This document shows, in pieces, positions 63,802-64,000 of a DNA stretch of 64,000 bases (its first letter is position 1; each line of letters opens with the position of its first letter). Origin of the DNA: a virus; IMG/VR virus record IMGVR_UViG_3300019850_000189, positions 64,001 to 128,000 of that record, one strand, 5' to 3'. The position numbers were made by a program, and so were the translations under genes. The notes beneath the pieces are model-generated. The model was given only the letters and a program-made list of their open reading frames with translations. It did not search any database and had not been told where the DNA came from.

Positions 63802-63983
63802 GGAAGAGCAAAAAAATAGATATAGCAAAAACCCTCCTAAATGGTGGGATATGGGTTAAGCCCACTCCCGTCAAAAATTTCTTTATCAAACTGAAAGAGA
63901 GAACTATAACGAGAATAGAGTGTGGGCTATGGATATATAGGAATTACTTTCTGTTTGTACTTAGCCTACTATTTAGCTGGTAG
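63798..63983 (+). CDS. small membrane protein
   Basis: GTG coupled to the upstream stop; hydrophobic C-terminus. Confidence 0.35.
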   Translation: MRKSKKIDIAKTLLNGGIWVKPTPVKNFFIKLKERTITRIECGLWIYRNYFLFVLSLLFSW

Positions 63984-64000
63984 CCATAATTTGTATTATA

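Noticed and set aside
1-64000. Genome-wide TAG recoding suggested by the CTA tRNA
   Set aside because: Long conserved genes are intact under the standard code, and several TAG stops are followed directly by promoters or quickly by other stops

Overview
A 64-kb AT-rich segment of a large lytic dsDNA bacteriophage with T4-like replication genes. No rRNA genes, CRISPR array or host housekeeping operon were seen. 1-14 kb: restriction-modification island (HsdM-HsdS fusion, MamI-family endonuclease, orphan and degenerate methyltransferases), rIIA with a truncated rIIB, a homing endonuclease, an intein-containing thymidylate synthase and a Dam-like gene with an altered catalytic motif. 14.6-44.5 kb: a dispersed array of about 37 tRNA genes covering all 20 amino acids, including an amber-suppressor (CTA) tRNA and unusual Arg(GCG) and Ile(TAT) tRNAs. 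The same region holds a compact ~235-nt RNase P RNA, a ~800-nt GOLLD-like RNA with an embedded tRNA-like module, an unidentified ~230-nt structured RNA, tmRNA, Pth2, CspA, a DHH phosphoesterase and a REC-HD-GYP phosphodiesterase. 42-49 kb: mostly minus-strand small genes plus a family-4 UDG. 49-64 kb: helicase, primase, gp55-like sigma factor, a DnaE-type polymerase split into two genes with dCMP deaminase and a PAS-PAS hybrid histidine kinase between them, gp32-like SSB and an RlaP-like nucleotidyltransferase. The two most notable candidate systems are a phage-encoded tRNA maturation and translation-rescue RNA toolkit (mini RNase P RNA, GOLLD, tmRNA, suppressor tRNA) and a phage-encoded kinase plus cyclic-dinucleotide phosphodiesterase signalling pair. 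All calls are by-eye motif recognition and manual base-pairing; no database searches were run.
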